Program-made: the position numbers and the translations under genes
Shown: in pieces, positions 1 to 10,429 of the stretch
Layout of the letters: each line of letters starts with the position of its first letter
Position numbering within the stretch: the first letter of the stretch is position 1
Assembly (NCBI GenBank): GCA_048213135.1
Contig: PS015309.1
Span: 1-40,861, forward strand
Reading direction: 5' to 3'
Origin: Reclinomonas americana ATCC 50394
Taxonomy: Eukaryota
Length of the DNA stretch: 40,861 nt
Notes under the pieces: generated by a model
Told to the model about the DNA's origin: nothing
Databases searched by the model: none
The model's input: only the letters and a program-made list of their open reading frames with translations

Positions 1-5
1 TGCGC

Positions 6-3000
6 ATGTCACACGCCTCGTCGCACGGAGCAGGCGGTGCTCTCCACCACGGCTTCTCCGTCATCTCCGCCGTGCACGAGTCTGCCTCCTCCTCCTCCTC
101 TTCCTCCTCTGCTGCGAATGCGTGCCCCGGGTGGCCGGAGGGCTTGGAAAACGTGCATCCGTCGCTGCGTAACACTGACTGCACGCGACCGGCGTTCCTC
201 TCCACGCGACGCAATGAGCAACTCGGCACCATCATTGATACGTTTGTGTCGCCTGCGTTCTTCTTGAAGCCGGGTCAGACGGTGCGTGCATTTTCACACA
301 CGCAAAGAGAGAGAGAGAGTGTGTGTGAGAGAGAGAGAGTCTTTGTGTGTGTGTGCATGCGTGCATTTCAAATTTGTGACATGCATTGTGTGAATCTGCG
401 CAGGTGAATTCGAACCCCGATCCCAGTTGCGCCTTTTGCTGACTGCCCTGTCTGTGCACTCGTGTGAGTGAGAGAGTGACGCTTGTATGTACGTGTGTGT
501 GCAGGCAAGACGCCGCCGTTCATGATGCCGCCGGGAGTCATTGGTGAGTTGTTTTGTGATTTTTTCGTCAATGTTTTGTTTGTTGTCTTGCGCTGACATG
601 CGTGTGTTTTTTGTGGTGGTAGGCGTGGTCCGCATTCATGGCGATGTGCGTGTGTCTGTTACTGCTGCTGTTGTGGCGTGTGTGTCTTTGCCTGACGTTG
701 TGCGCGCTGTTCGCAGGCTGTCGATTCGATGCTGCAGGTGTGAGGCGCGCAAGGCCAGTCTGCCGTGGTGCTTGTCTCTCATTCTCCCTTTTTTTTTGTA
801 GCCGATTCCGCTCTCCGAGGCCTACTTGGTGAGTCGCCCTGCGTGTTTCCTGTGTGGCAGAGACTGTGGCTGATGTGAGCGCGCAGCATCACTGGGTGGC
901 CGGCAGTCCGTTCATCAAGAGCTGGCCCTGCAGTGACATGTTCACCTTTGGCGGAGTGCGTACTGGCACATGTGTTTCGCGCACACGGACGCCGTCACTC
1001 ACTCTTTCGCATCCGTGTGCAGGGTGCCGAGACACGCCACACTTCGTGGGCTTCCCCGGATCCCGCCTACGCTGTGATCACCGACACCGCCAAGGACTAT
1101 TGTTGCGCTCCCCTGTGCTACGGAGATCATCGGTGGGGTCCTTTTTGTTGTGACGCTCTGTGTGGTGTGTTGTAGGGCTGGTCAATTACCACATTTTGGA
1201 TGTGCGCGGTGTGCCGGAGGACAAGATGAAGGCTTGTTGCGTACAATCACGGTCGTTTGCTTGTGCTTCCACCGTCTGTGGCGTCGCGTTGACCATGGGG
1301 TTGTGACGTTGTGCGCAGGCCTGGAGTGCTGGTGCCCCGACGGCTCGACTGGCGGAGTGGGTTGCTGCCGTAATGGTGAGGAGGGGTGCTTGCTTTGAAA
1401 CGTAGCATTCCACTCATGTGTCCGTTTCGTACGCAGGCCGCATGTGCCCGCAGACTGCCGGTGCCAACTTGCCGACCAAGAGTTGCGTGCGACTGAACAC
1501 GTTGTCGAGGAGGAGCAACGCATTCTCATCGATGTCGTGCAGCTCGTTACATCAAGTACGAAGTCGAGTACTTTGCCGACATTACCGACATCAAGCCGCT
1601 GGACGTGATTGTGTTTGATGGTGTGTCCACGTGCGCAATGGAGGTTGCTGGTGAATCACACTCGCTGACACGCGTCCATTGTACAGCTGCCGAATGCAAT
1701 GTCGAGTTCGACATTTCGTCGGCTGACGGAGTGCGTGTTTTTCTTAAATTTGTCGCAGAGTTTGGCGGCGACCGCACGTTCTCATGTTTTCCTCGTCGCA
1801 GTGTACTCGTGACTCAAAGGACGCCAAGTGCATCCAGGTGCAGCGCGGCGAGCAAGTCGTGACCAAGGATATCAATGTGCTCGGCGCTGTCGGCCACCTG
1901 CACACGGGCGGCATCAGCTTGACTGCCACTGTGCGCCTCGGCGGCGCCACCGGCCAAGAGGTGCTGATTTGCACCTCGCTGCCCACATACGGCACCGGTG
2001 AGTGAGCAACCCGTCATCGTGTAGCCTGTTTGCTCTCTGGTGCCTCATGTGGCGCGTGTCTTTCAGGCTCGCCCACCGACGTCGGCAACGAGGGTGGCTT
2101 CCTCGTGGGTATGAGCTCCTGTGCGCTGGACGAGCCGCTCTTGGTGCCCGCCGGTAGCATTATGACCATCACCGCCCAGTATTACCGTGACAACAAGTAC
2201 CTCGGGGTGCGTGTGTGAGTGCGCAGCGGTAGCACGCGAGCGGGAGACTAAACTCCAATTCTCCGACTGGCAGGTCATGGGGCTGATGAATGTGTTCGCA
2301 AACCCGGCGCCTGAACCCGCGTGCATGCTGCCCGAGGACGCCTCACAGGTGCACCCGTCCATTCGCAATCGTGACTGCTCGCAGCCGATGCGTCTGGAGA
2401 CCGTGAAGAACGCCGACGGCACGTACACGGACACGTTTATCTCGCAGGCTCTCTTCATGCGCCCCGGCACTGTCGTTGCGTGATGGCTGTGTGGTGGCGA
2501 GATGAAGAAATAATAATCAGCAGAGCTCATGCGTTCCTCGTGCACACAGATCAACACGGATCCCCGTGCGTGACGTCGTTGAAATTTGTGTCGTGCCGTT
2601 CGCTTGCAACTCACCGCGTACTGCACGCAGGCTACACTCCCGGCTTCATGATGCCCGAAGGCACTGTTGGTGAGTGCGTGCGTGCGTGTGGCACCGTTTT
2701 GAAAGGGGCTATATAAACGCTGTACTCACTGCGATGGTGCGTGCGTACAGCTGTCAAGAGCATCAACGGCGAGGTAAGTCCGCCTTTCCCTTGCCTCTCA
2801 CGCAGTGTCAGAGATGCCAACGATTTTGTGTTTTTTCTGCAGGTTGTGGACTCGATGCTGCAGGTATGTTTGTGTGTTTTTCTATTTTTTGTGTGGTCTC
2901 CACGCTCACATCGTGTGTGATGCCGTAGTCGATTCCTCTTTCCGAAGTCTACATGGTTTGTTTGGTGGTGCTGCATGGTTCTATTGTGGTGCGAACGTGA

Positions 3001-4668
3001 GCCTCACTTTTTTCTGTGCACGCGCAGCACCATTGGGTCGCCGGTACATGCGAGGGGAAAGTCCTTCTTCGCACGCGTTCGATCTGGACTCACACCCTTG
3101 ATTTTGTGCGAGTGCAGGAAGCCCGTTCCACCGGAGCTGGCCGTGCCGCAATCAGTTTGTGTTTGGCGGAGTTGCGTGTCGCCTTTCCATCACTGTGCGG
3201 GAGCTTGTGCTCATCTCCACCGGTCACGCAGGGCGCGGAGAGCCGTCGCACAGACTGGAGCACAAAGAATTCGGCATTCGGACTGGTGACCAACACCATC
3301 GCTGATCGCTGTTGCGTTGTGGTGTGTTGTTGAAGCGACCATGTTTTGTCTCACGTGCTGCGGTCGATGGTAGGGCTGGTGAATCTCCATCTGATTGATG
3401 TGCGCGGTGTGGCCGACATGAAGCACTGTTGCGTGGAGACTGCACCCACAGATGGCATCTTGCTGGCTCGTACCAACCTCCTCGTGCACTACATGCAGGC
3501 ATTGAGTGCACATGCCCTCCGGAGCGAGGTGGTGGAAGCGTAGAGTGCTGCCCCGACGGTTACCAGTGCACATTGCGCGCCGGTGCCAACACTGACCTGC
3601 GCAGTGCGTCCTCAGTTTCTATGTGCTTGTCTGTTGTGCGTCCTCACCGTGATTCGTGACCGCAGCTCGTTTCCTGAAGTACAAGGTCGTCTATCGCCCG
3701 GCGTCCAATGCCGAAATCCCCGCCGACGTGTTTGTGCTCGACGGTGCGTGTTTGTTGCGTATACTGCGTCGCTGGCGGCTTCACTCATGCAGTGTGCCCT
3801 GCTGCAGTGGCCAATTGCGAAATTGAGTTCAACGTGTCCGCGGTGCCGGGGGTAAGTCTTTTCCGCTGTATAGTGCGGTTGTCGACGACGACGTGCTCAT
3901 GTTGTGTTTCGCGGTTGATTGCACCACGCAGTGCACGCGTGGATCGACCGACTCCAAGTGCATTCATGTGCTGGAACGCCGCTACACGACGACCGTTGAC
4001 ATGCAAGTGACGGGCGCGATTGGTCACCTGCACATTGGTGGCCGCAAGCTGACCACCACCGTCCTCGTTGGTGGCGCGAACGGTGTGTTGACGTTGTGAT
4101 CGCTGCACTCCACAATACTCCTCTTTGACATCATCACCATTGTGTGCAGGTGAGGCGCAGCAAGTGTGCAACTCGATTCCGCTGTACGGCACGGTGAGAG
4201 CGCGAGCTTGTCGTAATTGTTTGCTGTCACTCTTCCTCACTCACGTGCTTGTGAGCAGGGCCCGGTGACCGAAGCCGGCAACGAGGGTGGCTACGTCGTC
4301 GGTCTCGGCACGTGCACCATTTCGCCGCCCATGTTCGTGCCGGCCGGCAGTGTGTTTGTCACGCGCAGCGAGTACGACCGTGATCAGGATTACAACGGAG
4401 TGCGTACGCGACTTGTCTTCTCTATCAACCGATCACATTGTTGCCTGAATCTTGTCCTCGCCAGGTCATGGGTCTCATGAATGTGGTCGGCGCTCCCTTG
4501 GCGGCCCGTGCGCCGCCGCAACGATCGTGGGCGTGGGTGGCCGTTGCTGCCATCAGTGCCGCTGGACTCATTGTGCTCCTCGTGCTGCTCATCCGGTCGG
4601 CGTTTGGCCGCGCGGCGCACGGCATGATCCCGGAGAGTGTTGCCACTCGTCCGCAGCAGCTGCCGTGA
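6..4668 (+). CDS. Multi-exon protein with two tandem SURNod19 (stress up-regulated Nod19)-like domains and a C-terminal TM helix; probably 5'-partial
   Basis: Spliced domain 1 reads PIPLSEAYL-HHWVAG..GGGAETRHT..WLVNYHILDVRG..CLECWC..GGVGCC..CNVEFDI..VGHLHTGG..LICTSLPTYGT..VGNEGGFLVGMSSC..YLG-VMGLMNVF. Domain 2 (about 2330-4490) repeats these motifs (SIPLSEVYM-HHWVA, WLVNLHLIDVRG, CIECTC, GHLHIGG, AGNEGGYVVGLGTC, YNG-VMGLMNV). They match remembered SURNod19 motifs. A hydrophobic tail WAWVAVAAISAAGLIVLLVLLI precedes the TGA at 4666-4668. Bases 1-33 look like an intron 3' end, so the true start is probably upstream of the window. Confidence 0.8.
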
Positions 4669-4856
4669 GCATCGTCACTGTTTTTTTTCTCTGTTGACCA
4701 CCCTCCCTACACACTAAGCGCCCCCTCGTTGATTTGATTAAAAGAAAGGCGTGTTTTTTCCACCTCACTCTTTTATGAGGGGCATACTAAGACAACTGCG
4801 ACAGCATCGTGTGCGCGATAAACAAAAATACTGCTAGCGACTTGCAAACAAGTCCG

Positions 4857-7714
4857 TTACGGTGATAGACCGGTAGCAGCGTCGTCGTTGGCACCGTGCG
4901 ACGACGGCGACGCATCACGCACCGGCGGCTGCTGAGTCATAAAGAAACTGTTGGGCTGACTTATCGGTGCGGCCCGAGAGGGAGTCACCGCATCGGACGA
5001 GCGCGCCGACGACGGTATCGTTTTCAGCAAGTCCAAAATGGAGGTGCCAGCCGGTGGCGTCTCGAATTGAGGCACTGCGAGATGGGGAGAAGTGAGAATG
5101 CATTCTTCCTCTCCTCTCCTTCTGTCTACCCCTCCGTGAACAAGCACACCTCGCATTCCCGAGCTGACAATTCGACGTGCCGCCTGACCCACTGGTGACG
5201 CCGCCACACTGCTGGAGGCCGATCCGGAACGCTTGCCGCGCTTGCCTCCGGCGCTGGCGGGCACTGGTGATGAGGGCGCGGTGGACGAGGCGCCTGGTGG
5301 GTGGTACAGATGCGTGAACCGGAGCTGCTTCAGGGCGTCCACCGTCGTCATCAACTGCTTGATGTCACGCTGCTGCTGCGCCACTTTTTGCTGCTCCATT
5401 CGCACGTTGCCTTCCAACTCACGGGCGCGGTCCTTCAACGACTCGACCTCGTTCAACTTGGCGACATATTGCGCCGCCAGATGCTCGAAAATCGCACGAT
5501 GCCGTCCCTTCAGATCCTCCTTTTCGTGGAAGTGCTCCATCCACAGACGATTGGCGAGGCCACCGAGGTCACGGAACGCCTTGCCGGCTCGATTCGGCAC
5601 AAACTCGATAAACATGTTCTCGATGCCCTTGACCACGTCAAACGGATCCTGCATCTCCGGCTGCTCCACCGGTTTTGACGCTTGCTGCGCAGTCACCACA
5701 CTACCGATGAGCAAGTGGATGTGCGTGTGGGGTAAAGGAGCAGAGAGGGTGTGGTACGCAACCGATGACCACCGATGCCACAAGTTGTTGACCGACTTGC
5801 ACAAGTCAATGTAGTTCTCGCTGGTCTCGGTGTACTTGACAATGGTGGCCTGCATGACATCCACGTTGCGCTTCATGTCGGCCAGCTTTTTCTCCATCTG
5901 CCACACAGCGCATGAGTACCACGTAAGAAAGTGGTGTTGGCGCATTGTTCTGTCTCGCTCGCACCTTTTCGCGTTCCTTTTGGTGCTCCACGTACATCTG
6001 ATGCGACAGCGACGCTTTCTCCTGTCGCAGCTGTGCCACCTTCTTCTCGAGCTCGTTGCGTTCCAGCTGCACTTCTTGCAGCTCAACAAATTGCTCGCGC
6101 TGTGCAACAACAATGAGCGGGGAGATGGATGGATGAAAATAAAAGAGAGGGAGGAAACCACACGCAACATTGGTGGTCTCCAGGTTGGCCAACTTGGCGA
6201 GAATGTCTTGCGCGCTGTCAAATGCAAAGCTCTGCGTCAGCTCCTCAAAGATGGGCTCCATGTTGCGGAAAATCTGCATCCCCCCCCCACAGCAAGTCAG
6301 CAAGCAGCCAAGATAAGCATGCAGGCACACGCATGCAAGCAAAAGACGCGACCTTGAGTTTGCGCTCATTCTCGATCTGGCGCTCGCCGACCTTGGTGAT
6401 CTTCTGCTTGTACATGCTGATCATGTGCTTCAACGAGTCGCGTTCGTCTTCCAGCGACTTGACGCGCTCTTTCAGTTCCTGCAACGCACCACATGTCAGC
6501 CACCGCGACAGAGCGACTGCTAACAATGGAAGTGACGAACTCTGACTTGCAGCGAAAAGTCGGCCCGGTCCTCCATCACTTGTGTCAAGCGCTTCTCGTA
6601 CTCGGACACTGTGCGCTCGTGCTCCTTTTGTGCCTCGATCTTGACGTCCTCCACATGCAACGCCTTCATGTACTCCTTCATGTTCTCACGCGCTCGCACC
6701 TGCGCCGCGTCCTTCCACTTGGCCTTTTCAAAGCGCTCCACGCGACCTGCAACCACCCACACACTCTCTCAGTCAATCCTCCGTCACGCAAGGAGCATCA
6801 CGGCTATTCACGCAACGAGACGCTTGTGCCTTTTCTGCGTCGGACAAGTTCTCTCGCACTCGTCGCAGCAGCTTGCGCGACTGGTTCTTCATCACCGATC
6901 GTGCAGACTTGCGTTCGACGGCGGCGACTGCCGAGAACAAATCACCGCCAACCTCGGCAGTGCCACGGCCCGACGCACCCCTTCCACCACCACCACCACC
7001 ACCACCCTCCGAGTCGGAACTAAACGGCAACGACGCCGGCGAATCGCGCCCGCCTCCGACGGGCGAGCTCGAGAAGCGCTCCCGATCACGGTGCGCCGCT
7101 GCACGCGCCGAGATCCTCATCTCCAGCTCCCGATCTTCATTCTCATTGCGCGACAAGACGTCCTCGAGGAATTGCTGTTGAATGGGGAAATGTGTGAGAC
7201 GAATCACCGCCATCACAGCCACTGCAAGCACAACGAGCGCACCTCATCGTCTTGGTGATCAAACTGGCTCGGCGTCGACATTTTCGCCTGTCGCTTGATC
7301 TCGCCCTCCATCTCCATCCACCGACGTTCCTGCCAGTCGCATGATCGCACTCAGCACAAGACAGAGAAGGGGATAGAGAGACGGGAATGAGAGTGCACGC
7401 ACCACAATCTTCTTGCGGGCACTGAGCGAGCGCGCCGCACTCAACGGCGGAGGCGGGGTGTTTCCGCCCGCCGCACTCGTCATCGACGACGGCGACGCCG
7501 CTCCCGCTCCCGTGATCGACGAACCAGACGGTGAATGCAGAAAGGCGCCGGCCGCCGTCGACATGCGCACACCGGGCGCGAGCGGAGGCGGTGCATGCGT
7601 CGAACGCAGCTTGCTCAACGTCGGAATCGAGTTTCCCGAGCCCTGTTGCCCCGCACTCGCGGCCGCCGCCATGGCTCCGCCCACAAGTCGCGCTCGATGC
7701 GTGGCAGTCGACAT
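4857..7714 (-). CDS. Multi-exon coiled-coil protein of unknown function with low-complexity termini
   Basis: Exons join in frame through GT-AG introns: MSTATHR..RKKIV|ERRWMEME..DDE|QFLEDVL..KAQAS-RRVERFEK..DFSLQ|ELKERV..KLK|IFRNMEP..LETTN|REQFVELQ.. ending ..ATGLSP* at 4857. Heptad-like E/K/Q/R-rich composition. No family recognised. Confidence 0.65.
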
Positions 7715-8490
7715 GGGTCGCTTGCGGCTCTTGAGTCGGGAAGATCGGCCAAATAAAAAAGTTGATGGAATGAATGTTGGCCGTTTGCTCGCGGCCGGAC
7801 AGTGATTACAACTGTCCAAGTCATCAATCAACAACGACACGAAAAGAATGTTGGCAAGAGGCGGCGTTGCGCTGCTTCGCACACGTGTGATGGTGAGCCT
7901 CCTTTGTGCAAGCGTGTGCGTGCGTTTGTGAACGTGCAACAAGGGTTTTGCTTTGGTTTGCGTTGTTTTGTGCGATCTTTGGCGCCATTGCGCGCCCTTT
8001 GTTTGTGTTTCGCCCTCTCCTTCTTCTCCTTCTTCTCTCTTCACGCGTTGCTGCTGCTCTCCGTCTCTGTGTTCTTGTGTGTGCGTGCGTCTGCGTGTGC
8101 GTGTGCGTGTGTGCAGAGAAGGCGAAGAGAGTGCACCCGTTTGCTTGTGTGGTGACTTCTGCAGTTTTCACTTTGAAACCCAACCGACCGCATTGCATAC
8201 ACGCTGCACACACACATACACACACACACGCACCACACACGTGTGTCTCCATCTGCACGCACGAGTGAGTGCGTGTCGCAGGAGATCTCATTCACATCAT
8301 GTGCGCGTTTCCTCACACTCTCATCTCCGTCACACAGGCTGCACCTCTCTCGACGCTGATTCTCCCGTCGACGGCCACCACCTCCAGCAGCAGTGGAGCT
8401 CATCAGCAATGCGCGCCGACCTTCCACTCGCGTCCGTGGGAGGCCTTTTTCACCACGCATGTGGGAGCGTACCAGGAGGGCACCTCGTCG

Positions 8491-9159
8491 ATGATGATCA
8501 GTGAGCGAGAGGCGCGTGAGATTTCCCGCTCACTCACCGCACACGCCTACTCCACTCGCGCCACGGCCGCTTCCCACCGCTTGGTGGTGGAGGATCCGCT
8601 GCGCATGAGCTACGAGCAGGAGAAGGGCGGCCTGCCGCCGCACATTTACGAGGTGAGTGCAGCAGTCGGGATCACGAGGGAATTACTTTTCATTTACCCC
8701 CGACCGCGCCCGGCAATGTAGGATGCGCGTGGCAAGTCGGTGCATCATCACACCCTCCCGCCGCCGTCGGAGACCATGAAGCCGGCCAGCAGCGGCCCGC
8801 TGACCTCGGATCCGCAGCTGCTGTCGGGTCTGTCGGCATCGCATGCGTACTCGTCGGCTGCACCGCGTGCGTGGGCCAACGCGGCCACGGCGCCCTCCAG
8901 CGGTGTGGAGGTCACCATTGCTGCTCGTCGGTTAGAGGATACGATTGGTGAGTCGTGGAGGGCGACGAGTCGGAACCAGGGCGCAATTAACTAATTAGCA
9001 CCTTTCACAGCGTCGCTGTCGTCGGCCGTTGGAGAACTGGAGTCGCTGGTGGGCTCGCTTAAGGACGAGGTGGCACACGAGCGATTGCACAGGAAGAAGG
9101 TCGAGGCCGACTTGGCCGCGATGCGCGCGTCATTCGAGACGCTCTCGGGTTCACGTTGA
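8491..9159 (+). CDS. Small hypothetical protein with C-terminal coiled coil (start uncertain)
   Basis: MMISERE..PHIYE|DARGKSVHH..LEDTI-ASLSSAVGELESLVGSLKDEVAHERLHRKKVEADLAAMRASFETLSGSR*, joined by two GTGAG..AG introns. The frame is also open upstream to about 8338, so the start may be earlier. Confidence 0.5.
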
Positions 9160-9492
9160 TCGTAGAAGAGAGAGTATGAGTTTGTGTGTGTGTGTGTGTG
9201 TGTGTGGCCGCCGGCGTGTGGTAGCTGATTGATGGGCACTTCAAGCGAAAGTACTGTTGGGTTGTGGTGGCTCTCTGCTGCCCCCCTTTGCTTGCATGGT
9301 CGTCCACCAGCGCCAGTCCCACGCCGGTTGTTTATCTCCCCATCTGTTTGTTGACCTCTTTTTTTTTGTTGCCATTGTTCCTATTGTTGTTGTGTTGTTG
9401 TTGTTGTTGTAACCCTACCTACATATCTCGTAAGTGAATCCCCGTATCCCCGCACCTTCGCCTCCGTCGTCCTGTTGCATTGTTTGCATTCA

Positions 9493-10281
9493 ATGGCCTC
9501 GCGAGTGACGAAAAACTTGTTTGTGACTGGCGACCCGGGTGTCGGCAAGTCAACGCTGGTCTGACTGCAAAGCAGAGAGAAGCGACGTGCCATCCGTCCA
9601 TCCGTCCATCGCCACTGACGATGCATGCATGCAGATCGCTCGCGTAGTTGCCGCTCTGCGCAGTCGCCCTGCGCTTTCTTCGATGCCCATCTGCGGCTTT
9701 TACACCGAGGAGGTGCGCTCGGCGTCATCCAGGGAACGCATCGGTTTCGACGTGGTCTCTCTCGTCGAGTCGTCGTCGTCGTTGTCGTCGTCTGCTGCAC
9801 CGTCGTCATCGCTGCAGTCGGCAGTCTCTCGCGCCCCTCTGGCGCGCGTTGGCGGCTCTGATCGAGCACCTCGAGTGGGGTGCGTGCAGTGAGTGCTGTG
9901 TGTGTCCGCGTGGGCTCTCATTGTGCCAGTTGTCGCAGCAAGTACACTGTCGACCTGAATAGCTTCGAATCGATCGCCTTGGCCAGCATGGAAGGCACGG
10001 AGGCGCGGTTGGTGGTCATGGACGAAGTCGGGCGCATGGAGCTCTTCTCGCGACGCTTCATTGCCGCCACACGCGCCGCTCTCGACGACCCCATGGCCGT
10101 CGTCCTCGGCTCCGTTCCCGTCAACGATCGAGGTCTGCAACTCGTGCACGAGATCAAGGACGAGCGAGACGATGTGCTGCTGCTGGATGTTACACGCGAC
10201 AATCGCGATGATATGGTGGAGCAACTCGTGCAGCTCGTCGACGAGCAGTGGCCGAGAAGACCACAAGAGAAAACGCAGTAA
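9493..10281 (+). CDS. NTPCR: THEP1/NTPCR-family P-loop nucleoside triphosphatase (3 exons)
   Basis: MASRVTKNLFVTGDPGVGKSTL|IARV (Walker A), GFYTEEVR..RIGFDVV, RVG-KYTVD, and LVVMDEVGRMELFS (Walker B plus family motif). TAA at 10279-10281. Confidence 0.92.
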
Positions 10282-10429
10282 AAACGTCTGCTGGCCATCG
10301 CGATTTCATTTCTTTAAAACCCCATGCAGCATGCTGCGTGATAACAGCACCACTCCACGGGGTGCGCTATCATCATCATCTCATCACTACCACCAGTGAG
10401 GTCGCCAACAAAACCTCGCGAGCGACACC

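Noticed and set aside
415-430. Non-GT (AT/GA) donor after VNSNP, suggested by alignment with domain 2
   Set aside because: A GTTGCG donor at 426 gives the right phase with two extra residues. I found no junction in the window that requires a non-GT donor.
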